64,000 bases of DNA from Octopus sinensis (Eukaryota), in NCBI RefSeq assembly GCF_006345805.1, contig NC_042997.1, forward strand, positions 16,306,001 through 16,370,000, read 5' to 3'. A program made the position numbers and the translations under genes. Position 1 is the first letter of the stretch, and each line of letters starts with the position of its first letter. The notes beneath the pieces are model-generated. The model made no database searches, was not told the origin of the DNA, and saw only the letters and a program-made list of their open reading frames with translations. This document shows, piece after piece, positions 13,293 to 24,933 of this stretch.

Positions 13293-13398
13293 ATCGGCTT
13301 CTGATTCTGTCTCACCTGATGAAGAGAAACCACCAACATGTTCTGAACAAATTCAACCACAAGATAGTCCTGGTGAAGATCTTCAACAGAATGAACAG
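13293..13398 (+). CDS. Gene A exon
   Basis: TTGTAG acceptor, SASDSVSPDEEKPPTCSEQIQPQDSPGEDLQQNEQ, weak GTTTTT donor in phase 0, matching the next exon. Confidence 0.6.
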
Positions 13399-13634
13399 GT
13401 TTTTGAACACTTATTAATATTGTTATTCTTATAGTAGCAGTAGAAGTAAGACTTTGACTTAATGTATTGCAGTATTTAGCTACCGTATATACTCGCGGAT
13501 AGGTTGAACCCTTAGTTTGGGGTTGTCAAAGTTGGTATTTGCAGTTGATTCGCAGATAGGTTGCACTATAATCTGGGGAGTTATATGACCCTCTTCAATG
13601 TAAATATAACTAATATTGTTAAATATTATCAAAT

Positions 13635-13950
13635 CTCTTTTACTTGTTTCAGTCATTTGACTGTGGCTATGCTGGAGCACTGCCTTTAGTTGAGCAAATC
13701 AACCCCAGGACTTATTCTTCATAAGCCTAGTACTTACTCTAGCAGTCTCTTTTGCCAAACCGCTAAGTTATGGGGACGTAAACACACCAGCATCGGTTGT
13801 CAAGCGATGGTGGGGGGACAAATACAGACACACAAACTACATATATACGACGGGCTTCTTTCAGTTTCCGTCTACCAAATCCACTCACAAGGCTTTGGTT
13901 GGCCCGAGGCTATAGTAGAAGACACTTGCCCAAGGTGCTACGCAGTAGGA
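13635..13950 (-). mobile_element. SINE family C (CORE-like CCTTGGGCAAGTG), 5'-truncated
   Basis: Matches the copies at 37176-37545 and 46561-46984. Confidence 0.85.
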
Positions 13951-14950
13951 CTCACCTTTATTTCAAAACTTTGCTTACACATTTTAAAGCATTTTTGCAG
14001 ATGTGACTTTATGAAAGTAGTCTAATTGATAAATCAACTCAACAAAAAAAAATGAATAAGTATGAATTTAACAAGAAAAATGTCTAGAATTAAGACTACT
14101 GATACGCCACTCTCTACTTCAGATCCTTGTGATGTTGAGTGGGTAGGTTGCACCCTCATTTTTATCAAAACTTTCGGTAAAAGAATGTGCGACCTATTCG
14201 TGAGTATATCCTTTTAGTTTCTGGGTTCTATTTCCACTTTGCTTTTCATAATTCCATGAATGGTAAAATAACCATCAGCCAAGTGCTGACGTTGATTTAA
14301 TCAACCTGCCCACCAAAATATTGAGACCGTGCCAATATGGGAAATTATCATTATTAGGCTAATGAAATGCTGTGAGCTACAGAATCGTTAGCATGTAAGA
14401 GAAAATGCTTAGCAGCATTTATTCTGGCTCTTTACATTCTAAGTTCAAATTCTATCAAGGTCAACTTTGTCATTCGTTCTTTCAAGTTCGATATTATAAA
14501 TACCAGTCAAGTTCTTGGATTGATGTAATTGATTTGTTCCCTCCCCTCAAAATTGCTGGCCTTATGTCAAAATTAGGTTGATGGCGTGGTGAAATTTATA
14601 GAGTAAGGGACAAAATTCTTTGTGGTGCTTAGTTCCATTTCCTTTTGATTTACTGTCAGGTAACTTTTGGCCAACCTTCATCATCGTCATCGTTTAACGT
14701 CCGTTTTCTATGCTGGCATGGGTTGGACGGTTTGACACTGAGGTCTGGAAAGCCAGGAGGCTGCACCAGGCTCCAATCTGATCTGGCAATGTTTCTACAG
14801 CTGGATGCCCTTCCTAACACTAATCACTCTGAGAGTGTAGTAGGTGCTTTTTACATGCCACTTTCGTAATTTCTTACAACTCACCTAATTTATCTCCCTT
14901 CGCAACTAGCTAATGATCTCATGTACACACAAAAACTTTTTTTTTTTTAG

Positions 14951-15362
14951 GAACCTCAAGAATTTTACACTCTAATTTATATCAGCCCTGGCGAAGAATC
15001 TGAAGATAATGACAATGAAAATTCAACATCCTCACTAACTCAAGAACCAGACAAGCAAGATTTGAAACGAGAAATAGAAACATCTTCAGAACCTTTACAA
15101 AAACCAGAGATAGAGGCCCAGTCAGAACCTTTACAAGAACCAGAGACAGAAACATATTCAGAAGTTTTACAGACTAATTTAAAAGAAATTAACAACAAAC
15201 CAGTTTGTGACTTACCTAGAAAAGAAACGAATTTGATTGGATCAGATGCCTTAGTTCTACAATCTACCTGTTCCAAATTTTCTAATGATGAACAAATTGT
15301 AAACATCTCAGTTAAGAATTGTACAAAACCTTCCTACAGCAATAATTATAATCTTCAAAATG
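14951..15362 (+). CDS. Gene A exon, acidic, with internal EPLQ(K/E)PE repeat
   Basis: Poly-T AG acceptor, 137 open codons (EPQEFYTLIY...NYNLQN), G|GTAAGT donor in phase 1. Confidence 0.8.
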
Positions 15363-15557
15363 GTAAGTATTCTATTCTTTAAGCCTTTTTTGACATCTCA
15401 TTCTATGAAACAAAATTGCCCCTTTTTTAAAGTATTCATATCTAAATAAAAACCTTCCATCATAATTTTAGATAAAAAAAAAAAAAAATTGTGTATGTGT
15501 TTGTTTGAAAAATTCTATATGTAATTTTATATGACTTCCTACTTTGGTAATTTGCAG

Positions 15558-15676
15558 ATCTTAGCGTTGACCACAACTTCACCAGTGAATATAATATCTT
15601 TCAGTCATCTGATAGCAGCTCTGATTTTGAGTCAAATTATAATTTTGTGTGTCCACCAAGCTCAGATTCTGAACAA
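15558..15676 (+). CDS. Gene A exon
   Basis: TTGCAG acceptor, phase 1 to 0, DLSVDHNFTSEYNIFQSSDSSSDFESNYNFVCPPSSDSEQ, GTAAAT donor. Confidence 0.75.
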
Positions 15677-16264
15677 GTAAATATAAATTTACATGTTTCT
15701 TAATAAAAGCAAGCTTCTGTCTGTTTGTTTGTTTGTTGCTTTGTTATTTAACCCAAAGTCTATCTTTTTTTTTCCCTCAAACATAATATAAATATATGTA
15801 GGACTATATTAACTAATATACCCTTCCATTTTTTTTTAAGACCATAGGATGTGACTTGATAGAGATTTGGTTGCTATTTCTAACAAGTCAAGCAACCATG
15901 TAGCAGTTTTCTTTATGCATTCACTAGTGAATTTAATTAGTCCATCTAAAGCCAAAAGTGAGAATGATGTCACAGCCTCACTTAATGAAGTATCAATCTT
16001 TGTATTGATTTATCCATTTCTGGTTAGTGTGTAAAATCATACTCCAGCTGGGCTTTTCTTTTATCTGGATAATAGAATGTCACAAGTCTGCTTTGTTTTT
16101 TATCATAAAACAACATTCAGAGCTATTAGAGATGATGATGTAGTCTGCAATTATGTCTCACTGCATAGTGTAGCCATGATTAAAGTGGTTGCTTCAAAAC
16201 CATATAGTTTAGGGTTTGTTCCTAATTTGTGGACACTTGGCTAATATGTATAGCTGCAGGTTAA

Positions 16265-16485
16265 CCCTTTCGTTACCAACCCGGCTGAAACCGGCTCTGA
16301 CTCTGTAGTACAAATGTCTTGTTTTCATAAGTTTTGAATTAGAATCTTCTACAAAACCTTAGTCACAATTTATGTTCCTAACACTAGCTTAATGATAACT
16401 AAGTTATTTTACTAAATACTTTGTTATATTTAAAGTAATTGAGAGAAATACACAGCATCTCAAAATAAATACGGTAATGAAAGGG
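16265..16485. mobile_element. piggyBac-like MITE
   Basis: TTAA-CCCTTTCGTTACC ... GGTAATGAAAGGG-TTAA. An inverted sister copy lies at 21974-22177. Confidence 0.85.
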
Positions 16486-17147
16486 TTAAATGAAATTTGG
16501 TAGACAGAAACAAGAAGCCTGTCAGAGATGTGTGTGTATATTCCTCTTGTCTTGACATGTGCACATTGATTGTAAACAAAAAGTCATCATTCACACAATT
16601 ATCTTTGGTTTACAATCCTTGATGAAAGCATATCCAAGCTATTCAGTGTTCCATAGACTAGGAGAAGTATTACATTGCTCAGAAAACGGTAAAGATTTGT
16701 GTCAGGAAGAGCATCCTGCTATAGATACATCTACCTCAAGATTTTGTATGGAAAAGTGGGCACATTAAAACAATGATGATGATTGATGCGGAGATAGATT
16801 GATAAATTAATGTTTGTTGCAAACGGAGAGACAGTTTAGTGTAATATCTGTAGTCATCTCTGATAATTACAAAAATATGTTGTTGAGATATTTTGATGCC
16901 ACATGTAACACCAATACTTTCAGTAATATCTTTTAGAGTATCATTTGTGATTGGCAAAATGCATCAAGACATTGGTGCAAAGCAGTAGTAGCAAAAACCT
17001 GATAAAGCTTAGCATAGCACTTGTCATATTTGGGGCAACATAGAAAACAATTCTTTCATAGCCATGAATAAGTGGAGCAGAGAATAACTATTTATAACTT
17101 TTCACTATGAGTATTTGAAACTTATGTCTTGTTTACAATTTCTACAG

Positions 17148-17255
17148 ATATTTTATTGTGGTAATCTTTTCAACGATGATCCAAACTATGTTTGCGATAA
17201 TAAACAGCCAGAGAAAGAGATCAATGCTTTTAATAGTAAATCATTCAGGAATGAG
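17148..17255 (+). CDS. Gene A exon
   Basis: CTACAG acceptor, 36 open codons (IFYCGNLFNDDPNYVCDNKQPEKEINAFNSKSFRNE), GAG|GTAAGA donor. Confidence 0.75.
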
Positions 17256-18004
17256 GTAAGAATAAAATTTTTCACATTGATTATTAATTAATGTAACAAA
17301 CTTATTTTCATCTCTTACTTCCCATATTACATTGCATAGACTGAACAAAGCACTCATTAGCATTGAGGATTGGCAGAAACAGTAGAGCATCCAACAAAAT
17401 GTCTTGTGGTATTTGTTCTGGCTCTCTATATTGTGAGTTCAAATCCCACTGGGGTCAGCTTTGCCTGTCATCCTTTTTGAGTTGATAAAATAAAGTACCA
17501 GTCAAGTCCTAGGTTCAGTTATATGAACTAATGCCCTCCCACAAATTTCAGACCTTGTACCAAGTATCTTATTGTAGCACCTGTCTATGATTTTGTTACA
17601 TACACAATACTTCTTAGAAGTGGGAGCTTTTTCCTCTTTTCTTTCTCTGTTCTTTCCTATCATGCATATCTCATGGTAACCTTGCTAGTGCTGCTGACAT
17701 GAAAAAAGTACCCAGTACACTCTGTCAAGTGGCTAGCATTAGGAAGAAACCATGCTAGAGATGACATTGGAACTCAACACAGCCCAGTAGCACACTGGTT
17801 CTCTGTCAAATCATCCCATCCATGCCAAAATGGAAAGCGGGCATTAAGTGATGATGATGATGATAACAACATAATAATGCTAGTAATAGGATACAAACTG
17901 TTAACTCACTTCAACTATCACACTACTGTGACTAATCACACAACTTCATACTAAACTATATAAAATACTGCAGGAAATTTTAATTTCTAGGAAATATTAT
18001 TAAA

Positions 18005-18105
18005 TATATCAGCCGAAATGTTATATTAACAGCAAGAAAGATGAGGACAAATATCCGTCAATTGTAAATAATGTACACAATTCCTCATCTCTTAAATATA
18101 GAACT
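18005..18105 (+). mobile_element. 5'-truncated copy of the hammerhead-bearing repeat (ribozyme core lost)
   Basis: Matches 41169-41269 (TATATCAGCCGAAA...CTCTTAAATATAGAACT). Confidence 0.8.
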
Positions 18106-18147
18106 TAATTATTTTTTTAAATAAACTATTTATTTTATCTTCCACAG

Positions 18148-18186
18148 GATATATCCACCATATCTACACCTGAAATGACAACATGA
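18148..18186 (+). CDS. Gene A last coding exon
   Basis: TATTTTATCTTCCACAG acceptor, phase 0, DISTISTPEMTT then TGA. Confidence 0.65.
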   Translation, partial: DISTISTPEMTT

Positions 18187-18333
18187 ATGAAAAAACTTTT
18201 GTTCATAAAAAATTTAAAAGGTTATTTTTTTATTCATCCCATATATACAGACACACATACAAAAAAAAGAAACAGTAATTATAATTGAAAAATTTAACAA
18301 CTTGATTACTTCCAAAAAGCTGCTAACTTTTTA

Positions 18334-18577
18334 TCAAAAGAGTTTTTGCAGATATTTTTTTATTGTGTGTTTCAAACCAGTTTTGAGGTCAGGATCTTTA
18401 GCTACTAATCTCCGGGTTGTCAAATTGTGTATAGATCCAAATGCTATTGCAATTACTGTACAGGCAAGACAAATCACATTATAAGGCATGCTAAAGTCTG
18501 GAGTTGGCAGTGAGAGCAGCAAGTTTTCAGTATGAATCCTCACAAGAAGCTGATCAGAATCAGCTGATTCTCTGAAA
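18334..18577 (-). CDS. PIGT: GPI transamidase component PIG-T, exon 10 (TM helix, stop)
   Basis: TENLLLSLPTPDFSMPYNVICLACTVIAIAFGS matches the PIG-T/Gpi16 C-terminal signature. TTTAG acceptor in phase 2. Confidence 0.97.
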
Positions 18578-19107
18578 CTAAACAAAATTTTTTATTATTT
18601 CATAACATATATACAATTGAATTTCTTTCTTTGAAAATTATTTATTTCATCCAACATAAAATATTAGTAACTTATTTTATTTAAAGATAAGGAAATAATT
18701 TTATTCTCAAACGCAGGATAATGCTAATATAGCATTAACAGGATAAACTACCCATATTTTGCAGGAAAATGTGTTGGCGGCCAGCCAACACATTATTTTT
18801 ATTATTTACTCTCTATATTCAGTATGTTATCCCTACCACTTAATTATATTTCCTTCATGCAGAAGACACCCCTAGGAAATTTTCCCCAATCTTTACTAGT
18901 TTCAGTTTGCCTAATTAAACTAAAAAAAAAATAGTATGGGCTCTGTCCATTCTCTTCTGAGTGGTTATTGGTAAAAGTCAATTGCTTGAAACATCCTACC
19001 AAGCAAGTATAGGAAAAAAAGGAGAAAAAAATTTCAACTTTACATATTAAAGATTTTATATTGTATCAACAGCTTTATAAATGAAAATAATTTCAATTAG
19101 GGTTTAC

Positions 19108-19354
19108 CTGTCAATTAGAACAGAGGATTGTTGTCGAGGAGAAGTGTAGTTTCTAGCCACAGGAAGAATTGCAGAAATCACAGCGGAATTGATATAAAAA
19201 CCATGATTGGCATCAGGAGGATATTCTGTCCATTTCAGGAAGGCACGGTCAAAATCAAAAGAAAGTGAGCTCACAGAATTTGGTGGGAGTTCAACAACTA
19301 TTTCTAAAGTGTAAGGCTGCACTCTGTCTTTTCCTTGTATATAGTTTATAGCAA
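19108..19354 (-). CDS. PIGT: PIG-T exon 9
   Basis: GKDRVQPYTLE...FDRAFLKWTEYPPDANHGFYI. CCCAG acceptor, GTAAAC donor. Confidence 0.97.
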
Positions 19355-21128
19355 CTGGGAATAAAACGAATGATATATATTACTAATGAAAAGATTAATT
19401 CTAAATGTTTACATCTCAATACAGAAACTATGCTTAATCAGTTTATTACATATGTTAATTAGCAATGATTTTTAAAAGATTAGGGTAAAATTAACCAAAA
19501 GTGAGACCTCAATTAAGAGAATATCTTCAATTATGTAAAGCTGCGTGCCACATTAAATTACCAAATATTTTTTTTAATTTTTAACCATCTGTCATGCGTT
19601 GCAATATTCCAAAATACATTTTCTTGCAATAAGCTACCACTTAAATGTTTTTAACACTGTTTTCTCTTCTAATTTTTATTAAACATGTTTTCTTTCTCTC
19701 TTCATTATAATTCAAGTTACTTTTGATTAAACTCTTTTTTTTTTTTTGTGTATTTTTTTTTCATTCCATTCACCATTTAAATCAAAAACTATTTTTTGAC
19801 AACTTGTATCTACAACAGAGATTTATTACTGAAGAGTGTTTTAACTTATACATGAAATAATTTGAATTCATTAAAGTGGTACGGGTAACTTGAATACATT
19901 TGACTCTACTGCCAGGAGTTTGTGAACATTAAGTATTGACTACTGTTATTTTAACTCATGGAATTTTTTTTTACTCAACATCAGAAAACAAGATTATGCC
20001 ATTATTTGAAATTACTGTCATTTACATATGCAATTAGCAGGTCAATTTTACATAGATTTCATCCTAAATTGTTTAGCGTTTTGAAAAGTTATGGAAATAG
20101 CCAGAACCAGCAGTATGTGTTTAACAATTGGACAAATGGAGGTTGAAAATATCAACAAAAGACATTTCATCACATGAGATCTGAAACAATGACATTTCAA
20201 AACTTAAATAAAAATATTTTAATAAATAAATAAAATGTTTTGAGTATTTTTAGAACATCGTCTATGGAAGTATTGAACAGTTGACTGATTAAGATAGAGG
20301 AACATTATCAGGGTGGCTTTTCTTATATCTGAGCTGCTGTCCAGAATATTCCAATAATGTATAATTATCAAGTTTCTTTTTAATTGTGACTCTATAAATC
20401 CTAGATCTTAAAATAACTTGAAATTACAGATTTAATTTATACAATTCCATTACTATTATATTCTTCATTTCTATGTTTTGCTCAGAGATTATAAAGTTAT
20501 TTGAAGTGTGAAAGAGGAAATAAATGGATAATATTGTGGCAGTTAATTCAGAATTTAAATGAAATAGAAAAGATTTTCATAGTGAGCTTGTATACACTGC
20601 AAGTTATGTATTGAATAACAATGATTTTCACCAGCAACATTTCAGAAAAACTAAATTTACTGTAACAGGGATGAAGCTAATTAAGACACAGGATGGTAAC
20701 AGGACAGAATATCAAGGGTGCCAATTAGTGGCTTTATTTTGAAATGAAACCTTGAATATCAATGATTAATGGTTGGAAGAGGTCTCACATGAGATAGAAG
20801 AATATTTCATGGCAAAGTTCATACAAAGCAAAGCTTGAGCAATTCAGGATAAAAGTACCTTTCGGTCATGAAATGAAAAGCAAATTTCTTTGATTGCAAA
20901 TTTGGTGGAAAATGAAAATTAAGCTTTTAAAAAAGTTAGTAGAATCATTTTTATGAATATGAAACAACAAACTAATACCAAAGTTTATGATTATTATGGT
21001 GTTGGTAATATTAAATTAGTAATTTATTTATCTCGAAAGTAACCGCTACTTGTCACTACATTAAATGAAGCAATACATTTAGCTATTTAGAAAACCTATC
21101 CTTTTGTGTGAACAATGAATTTTTTCAA

Positions 21129-21445
21129 ACATCATCATCATTTAACATCTGTTGTCCATGCTGACATGGGTTGGACTGTTTGACCGGGCTGGCATGCTGG
21201 GAGGCTGCACCAGACTCCAGTCTGATTTGGCATGGTTTTCTATGGCTGGGTACCCTTCCTAACACCAAATGCTCTGAGAGTGTAACAGGTGCTTTTACAT
21301 GCCACCGGCATGGGAGCCAATTTGCATGACCCCGGTATCTGCCATAACTTCTATTTTGCTCAGCTTGATGGGTCTTCTTCTCAAGCATGACATAATGCCA
21401 AAGGTCTTGGTCATTGCCTCTGTGAGGCCCAACTCTCGAAAGGAA
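21129..21445 (-). mobile_element. Family R element / RTE 3' end in PIGT intron 8
   Basis: (CAT)n-TTAAC..CCATGCTG..ATGGGTTGGAC. Confidence 0.8.
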
Positions 21446-21633
21446 ACAACTAACCTAATAAAAAATATTATTTTATAAGAATAATTTTTCATCATTTGAA
21501 TTTCAAAAGTGCAAAGAAAATACTAGAATAAATATAATTTAATTATATTTCAGCTGAATTAAATAGAAAGAAAATCATACTCACTTGGTCGAATAGTAAT
21601 TTCATTTTAACTGACTAGTAATTCAATACTTAC

Positions 21634-21786
21634 TTGGCTGAATAGTAGTTTCAGCACTAATTATTTTGACAGAATTAAAGTAAACCCTCATGAACCATGG
21701 TATCGATTGTAGGTAAATTACTTTTAATTTTTCAGGTAGCTTATTGTATAAATGACAAATTATGCCACCATTTTCTAAGCCATAAC
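21634..21786 (-). CDS. PIGT: PIG-T exon 8 (absent from ORF track)
   Basis: GYGLENGGIICHLYNKLPEKLKVIYLQSIPWFMRVYFNSVKIISAETTIQP, phase 1-1, TGTAG acceptor, GTAAGT donor. Confidence 0.95.
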
Positions 21787-21973
21787 CTACAAACAAAACA
21801 ATAAAATCAGCATTAAATGGTTGACAAATTATGATAATTTAGTATAGCTTTTATCAAATTAGAATATATTTTTTTTAATATTTTGCTAGTTTGTAGCAAG
21901 AATCAAAAAATCAAATTTTATGTAAGATAGTTCTCCATACTGACCAAAAGAGGAAAAAATATTTTTTTCTTAA

Positions 21974-22177
21974 CCATCTCATTACTGTATTTATTTTGAG
22001 ATGCCCTGTGTTTCTTTCACAAAGAATTTAGTAAAATAACTTAGTTATCATTCAGCTAGTGTTGGGAACATACATTGTGATGAAGGTTTGGTGGAAGATT
22101 TTAATTCAAAACTTATGAAAACAAGACATTTGTACTCAAAACCAGAGCCAGTTTCAGCCAGGTTGGTAACGAAAGGG
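21974..22177. mobile_element. piggyBac-like MITE
   Basis: TTAA flanks. Reverse complement of 16265-16485. Confidence 0.8.
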
Positions 22178-23383
22178 TTAAATCTATAAAAATAAACATG
22201 TATAAATTATATTTTCTGACAAGTTTTATTTTCCAAAATTTATAAAGATGAAGTTTTTTATATTTTTCTTATTTTTTTCTGCGGCTAACTGCTATAGTTT
22301 AATTCTGAAAAGCAGATTCCATGTCAAAAGATACAAATCTTTTTATTTTTGGCAGTGTTGTAGTCAACCCTTTATATACAAGGAACAACAGACAGAAACA
22401 AATGCAGAAGTATATTTTAACTTAAATGGAATTATATTGTTCCTGATTTAAGTGATCAAGTATCACAACTTATGGATAATTAATATTTTAATTAGAATCT
22501 TGTTAGTTAACTTTTAACTGTAATAATACTGTTATGTTATAGCAATAAATTGATTATATAAAAGTACAAATGCCAAATAATTATCGTAAAAGTGGCTTTG
22601 ATGTCAACCAGACAGATAAATTTTTAAAGTTTGTACTAATATAAAGAAATTCCAATTAACCTGATTGTAAAACCATTCCTCAGCACAGCAAATGTACAAT
22701 AGCCGAAGAAGTAAAATGGTGCACAGAAACATTTAGGACAATCACAGACACCACATTTATTAAACACAAAGAAACAACACTGGTGTCCAAAGAACGTACT
22801 AGATCCATCACAAACGGTGTCATTCATACCTTAGCCCCCACTTTTTCCACAACAAAGGAAAGAAAATAGTGCTCTTCACACTATCCCAGGTTGCTCAGAC
22901 CACTTACAGAATGAAATAGAAATGTTCAAATTACAGACAATATTAAAAAGAGAACAGTTTGTTGCTGCAACAAGCTCCAACCCACAACCTTTGGTTATTC
23001 AAATACTCAGAGACCTACATCATCATTTTAAGATTGCCTTTCACATTCAATCAAAACAAACAAAAAGATCACACATGCAAAAACAGAGATAGTATCAATA
23101 GTCTTGTTAGCTCCAAAGACCGTACTAGGATACATGTCTCTAAAGATAAGAGCAGAAGAACAGAAACTGTTGTGCTCCAACTAAATCTGCCTGTACTGTG
23201 ACCACCAATAGAAATTAGTGATACAAAAACAGATAAGACAGTGAAGAAAAGCCTAGACTGTCACATCGCATGTCAGCATGCAGTGTGATTCTCAACTAAG
23301 CAAAGGAATGATGAAGATTTTCCTTATTTTTCTTCCCCCACTTCTAAAAAAGTTGAAAACTCTTCTTTTTTAAATACACTCAC

Positions 23384-23591
23384 CTGTTATATATTGGTGA
23401 ACATACAGTGGTGGAGGTACAATAGAAGTATATTTTGGCTGCTGGACATAGTTGAGACCAATATTAAAGAAATTGCCATTTCTGGTATGCTTGCCAACAC
23501 TATAAACTCCATAAGAGAAATTTTCTTCTTTCAAGGTGAAACTTGTCATTTCATCAGGTTCTGGAGACAAGTGACATTGATAGTCAGAATC
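23384..23591 (-). CDS. PIGT: PIG-T exon 7
   Basis: DSDYQCHLSPEPD...PPPLYVHQYIT, TATAG acceptor, GTGAGT donor, phase 0-1. Confidence 0.93.
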
Positions 23592-24027
23592 CTATAAAAA
23601 TAAAGAACAACAACAATACTATTAACATGTTACTGATTTTTACTGAAACCGACAAGCAGTCACTGCATCCCAAAAAATAAGTTTCTTTATGAGAATCAGA
23701 AAATCTGCAAAGCAAATTACCCTACACACATGTAGGATGAAGCACTCACCTTACACACACACACACATTCTGTCTGATTACCTTATCTAGAAGCTATCAC
23801 TACACCTAATTTCCTGTTTTTGTGCTGTGTACTCCTTTTGTCATCAATACAAAGTCTCTGCAGATTTGAACTTGCTGACATTTTTACCAGGAACTCTCTT
23901 GAAGTGGCCAACTCTCCTCTTGTTACCTTTATTGTGTCTAAGCCAAGTAGGCATCTGCTTAAGTTTTCCAAACCTTCTATCTGTCCTCCAAAGTTAAACA
24001 GTAATTCTCTTCCTCTTCACTCTAACT

Positions 24028-24254
24028 AATCATTTCGAGCATGGCTGTAGCCAGTACCGCCAGACTAGCCTTCATGCAGGTGGCACGTAAAAGCACCCAC
24101 TGCACTTTCGGAGTGGTTGGCGTTAGGAAGGGCATCCGGCTGTAGAAACTCTGCCAGATCAGATTGGAGCCTGGTGCAGCCATCTGGTTCGCCAGTCCTC
24201 AGTCAAATCATCCAACCCATGCTAGCATGGAAAGCAGACGTTAAAGGATGATGA

Positions 24255-24292
<38 letters not shown>

Positions 24293-24600
24293 TGTGCTTG
24301 AGGAGACCTATTGAGTCAAGTACATCAACATCAAAAAAATCAAATGGAAATTGTAGTTGTGATACCTGTGCCAGTGGCATGTAAAAAGCACCATCCGAAT
24401 GTGGCCGATGCCAGCGCTGCCTGGCACGTAAAAAAGCACTCACTACACTCACGTAGTGGTTGGCGTTAGGAAGGGCATCCAGCTGTAGAAACACTGCCAG
24501 ATCAGACTGGAGCCTGGTGCAGTCTCTTGGCTTCCCAGACCCCGGTTGAACCATCCAACCCATGCTAGCATGGAAAACGGACGTTAAACGATGATGATGA
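24028..24600 (+). mobile_element. Two tandem family R elements in PIGT intron 6
   Basis: Two AGGAAGGGCATCC...(GAT)n units separated by (TA)n. Confidence 0.85.
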
Positions 24601-24838
24601 TTAACCCCTAGCAATAAAAGAAGTCATAATCAACAACTTGATATTAATGTTTCCATATAGTTATATTTAAGTTCCCAACAGTCCATTCTGTTTTACAAAT
24701 ATGTCTATGTATTTTTAAGGATAACATGAAAGACCTTTCCATTTCACAAAGTTTTGAATTGAAAATAAAGAAAAAAATATTAAAAGTATAACATGTTTCA
24801 AATAAGGTTTATTTTTCTTGTTTTTATTCTATACTGAC

Positions 24839-24933
24839 CTGTACACAATCTGCATCAATATAAATATTGCTGTGTGAAGCAAGGGGGCATTGGTTTCTTA
24901 GTGACCGTCCAAAAAGTTTTCTTAATGACCAAT
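24839..24933 (-). CDS. PIGT: PIG-T exon 6
   Basis: NWSLRKLFGRSLRNQCPLASHSNIYID matches PIG-T WSL..MF....CPLAS.S. ATCAG acceptor, GTCAGT donor. Confidence 0.96.

Noticed and set aside
13311-13340. CTGATGA..GAAA hammerhead-like words
   Set aside because: No room for stem II, and it lies in coding sequence (PDEEK).
18334-18360. Di-lysine ER retrieval signal at the PIG-T C-terminus
   Set aside because: KKYLQKLF does not fit KKxx or KxKxx spacing.
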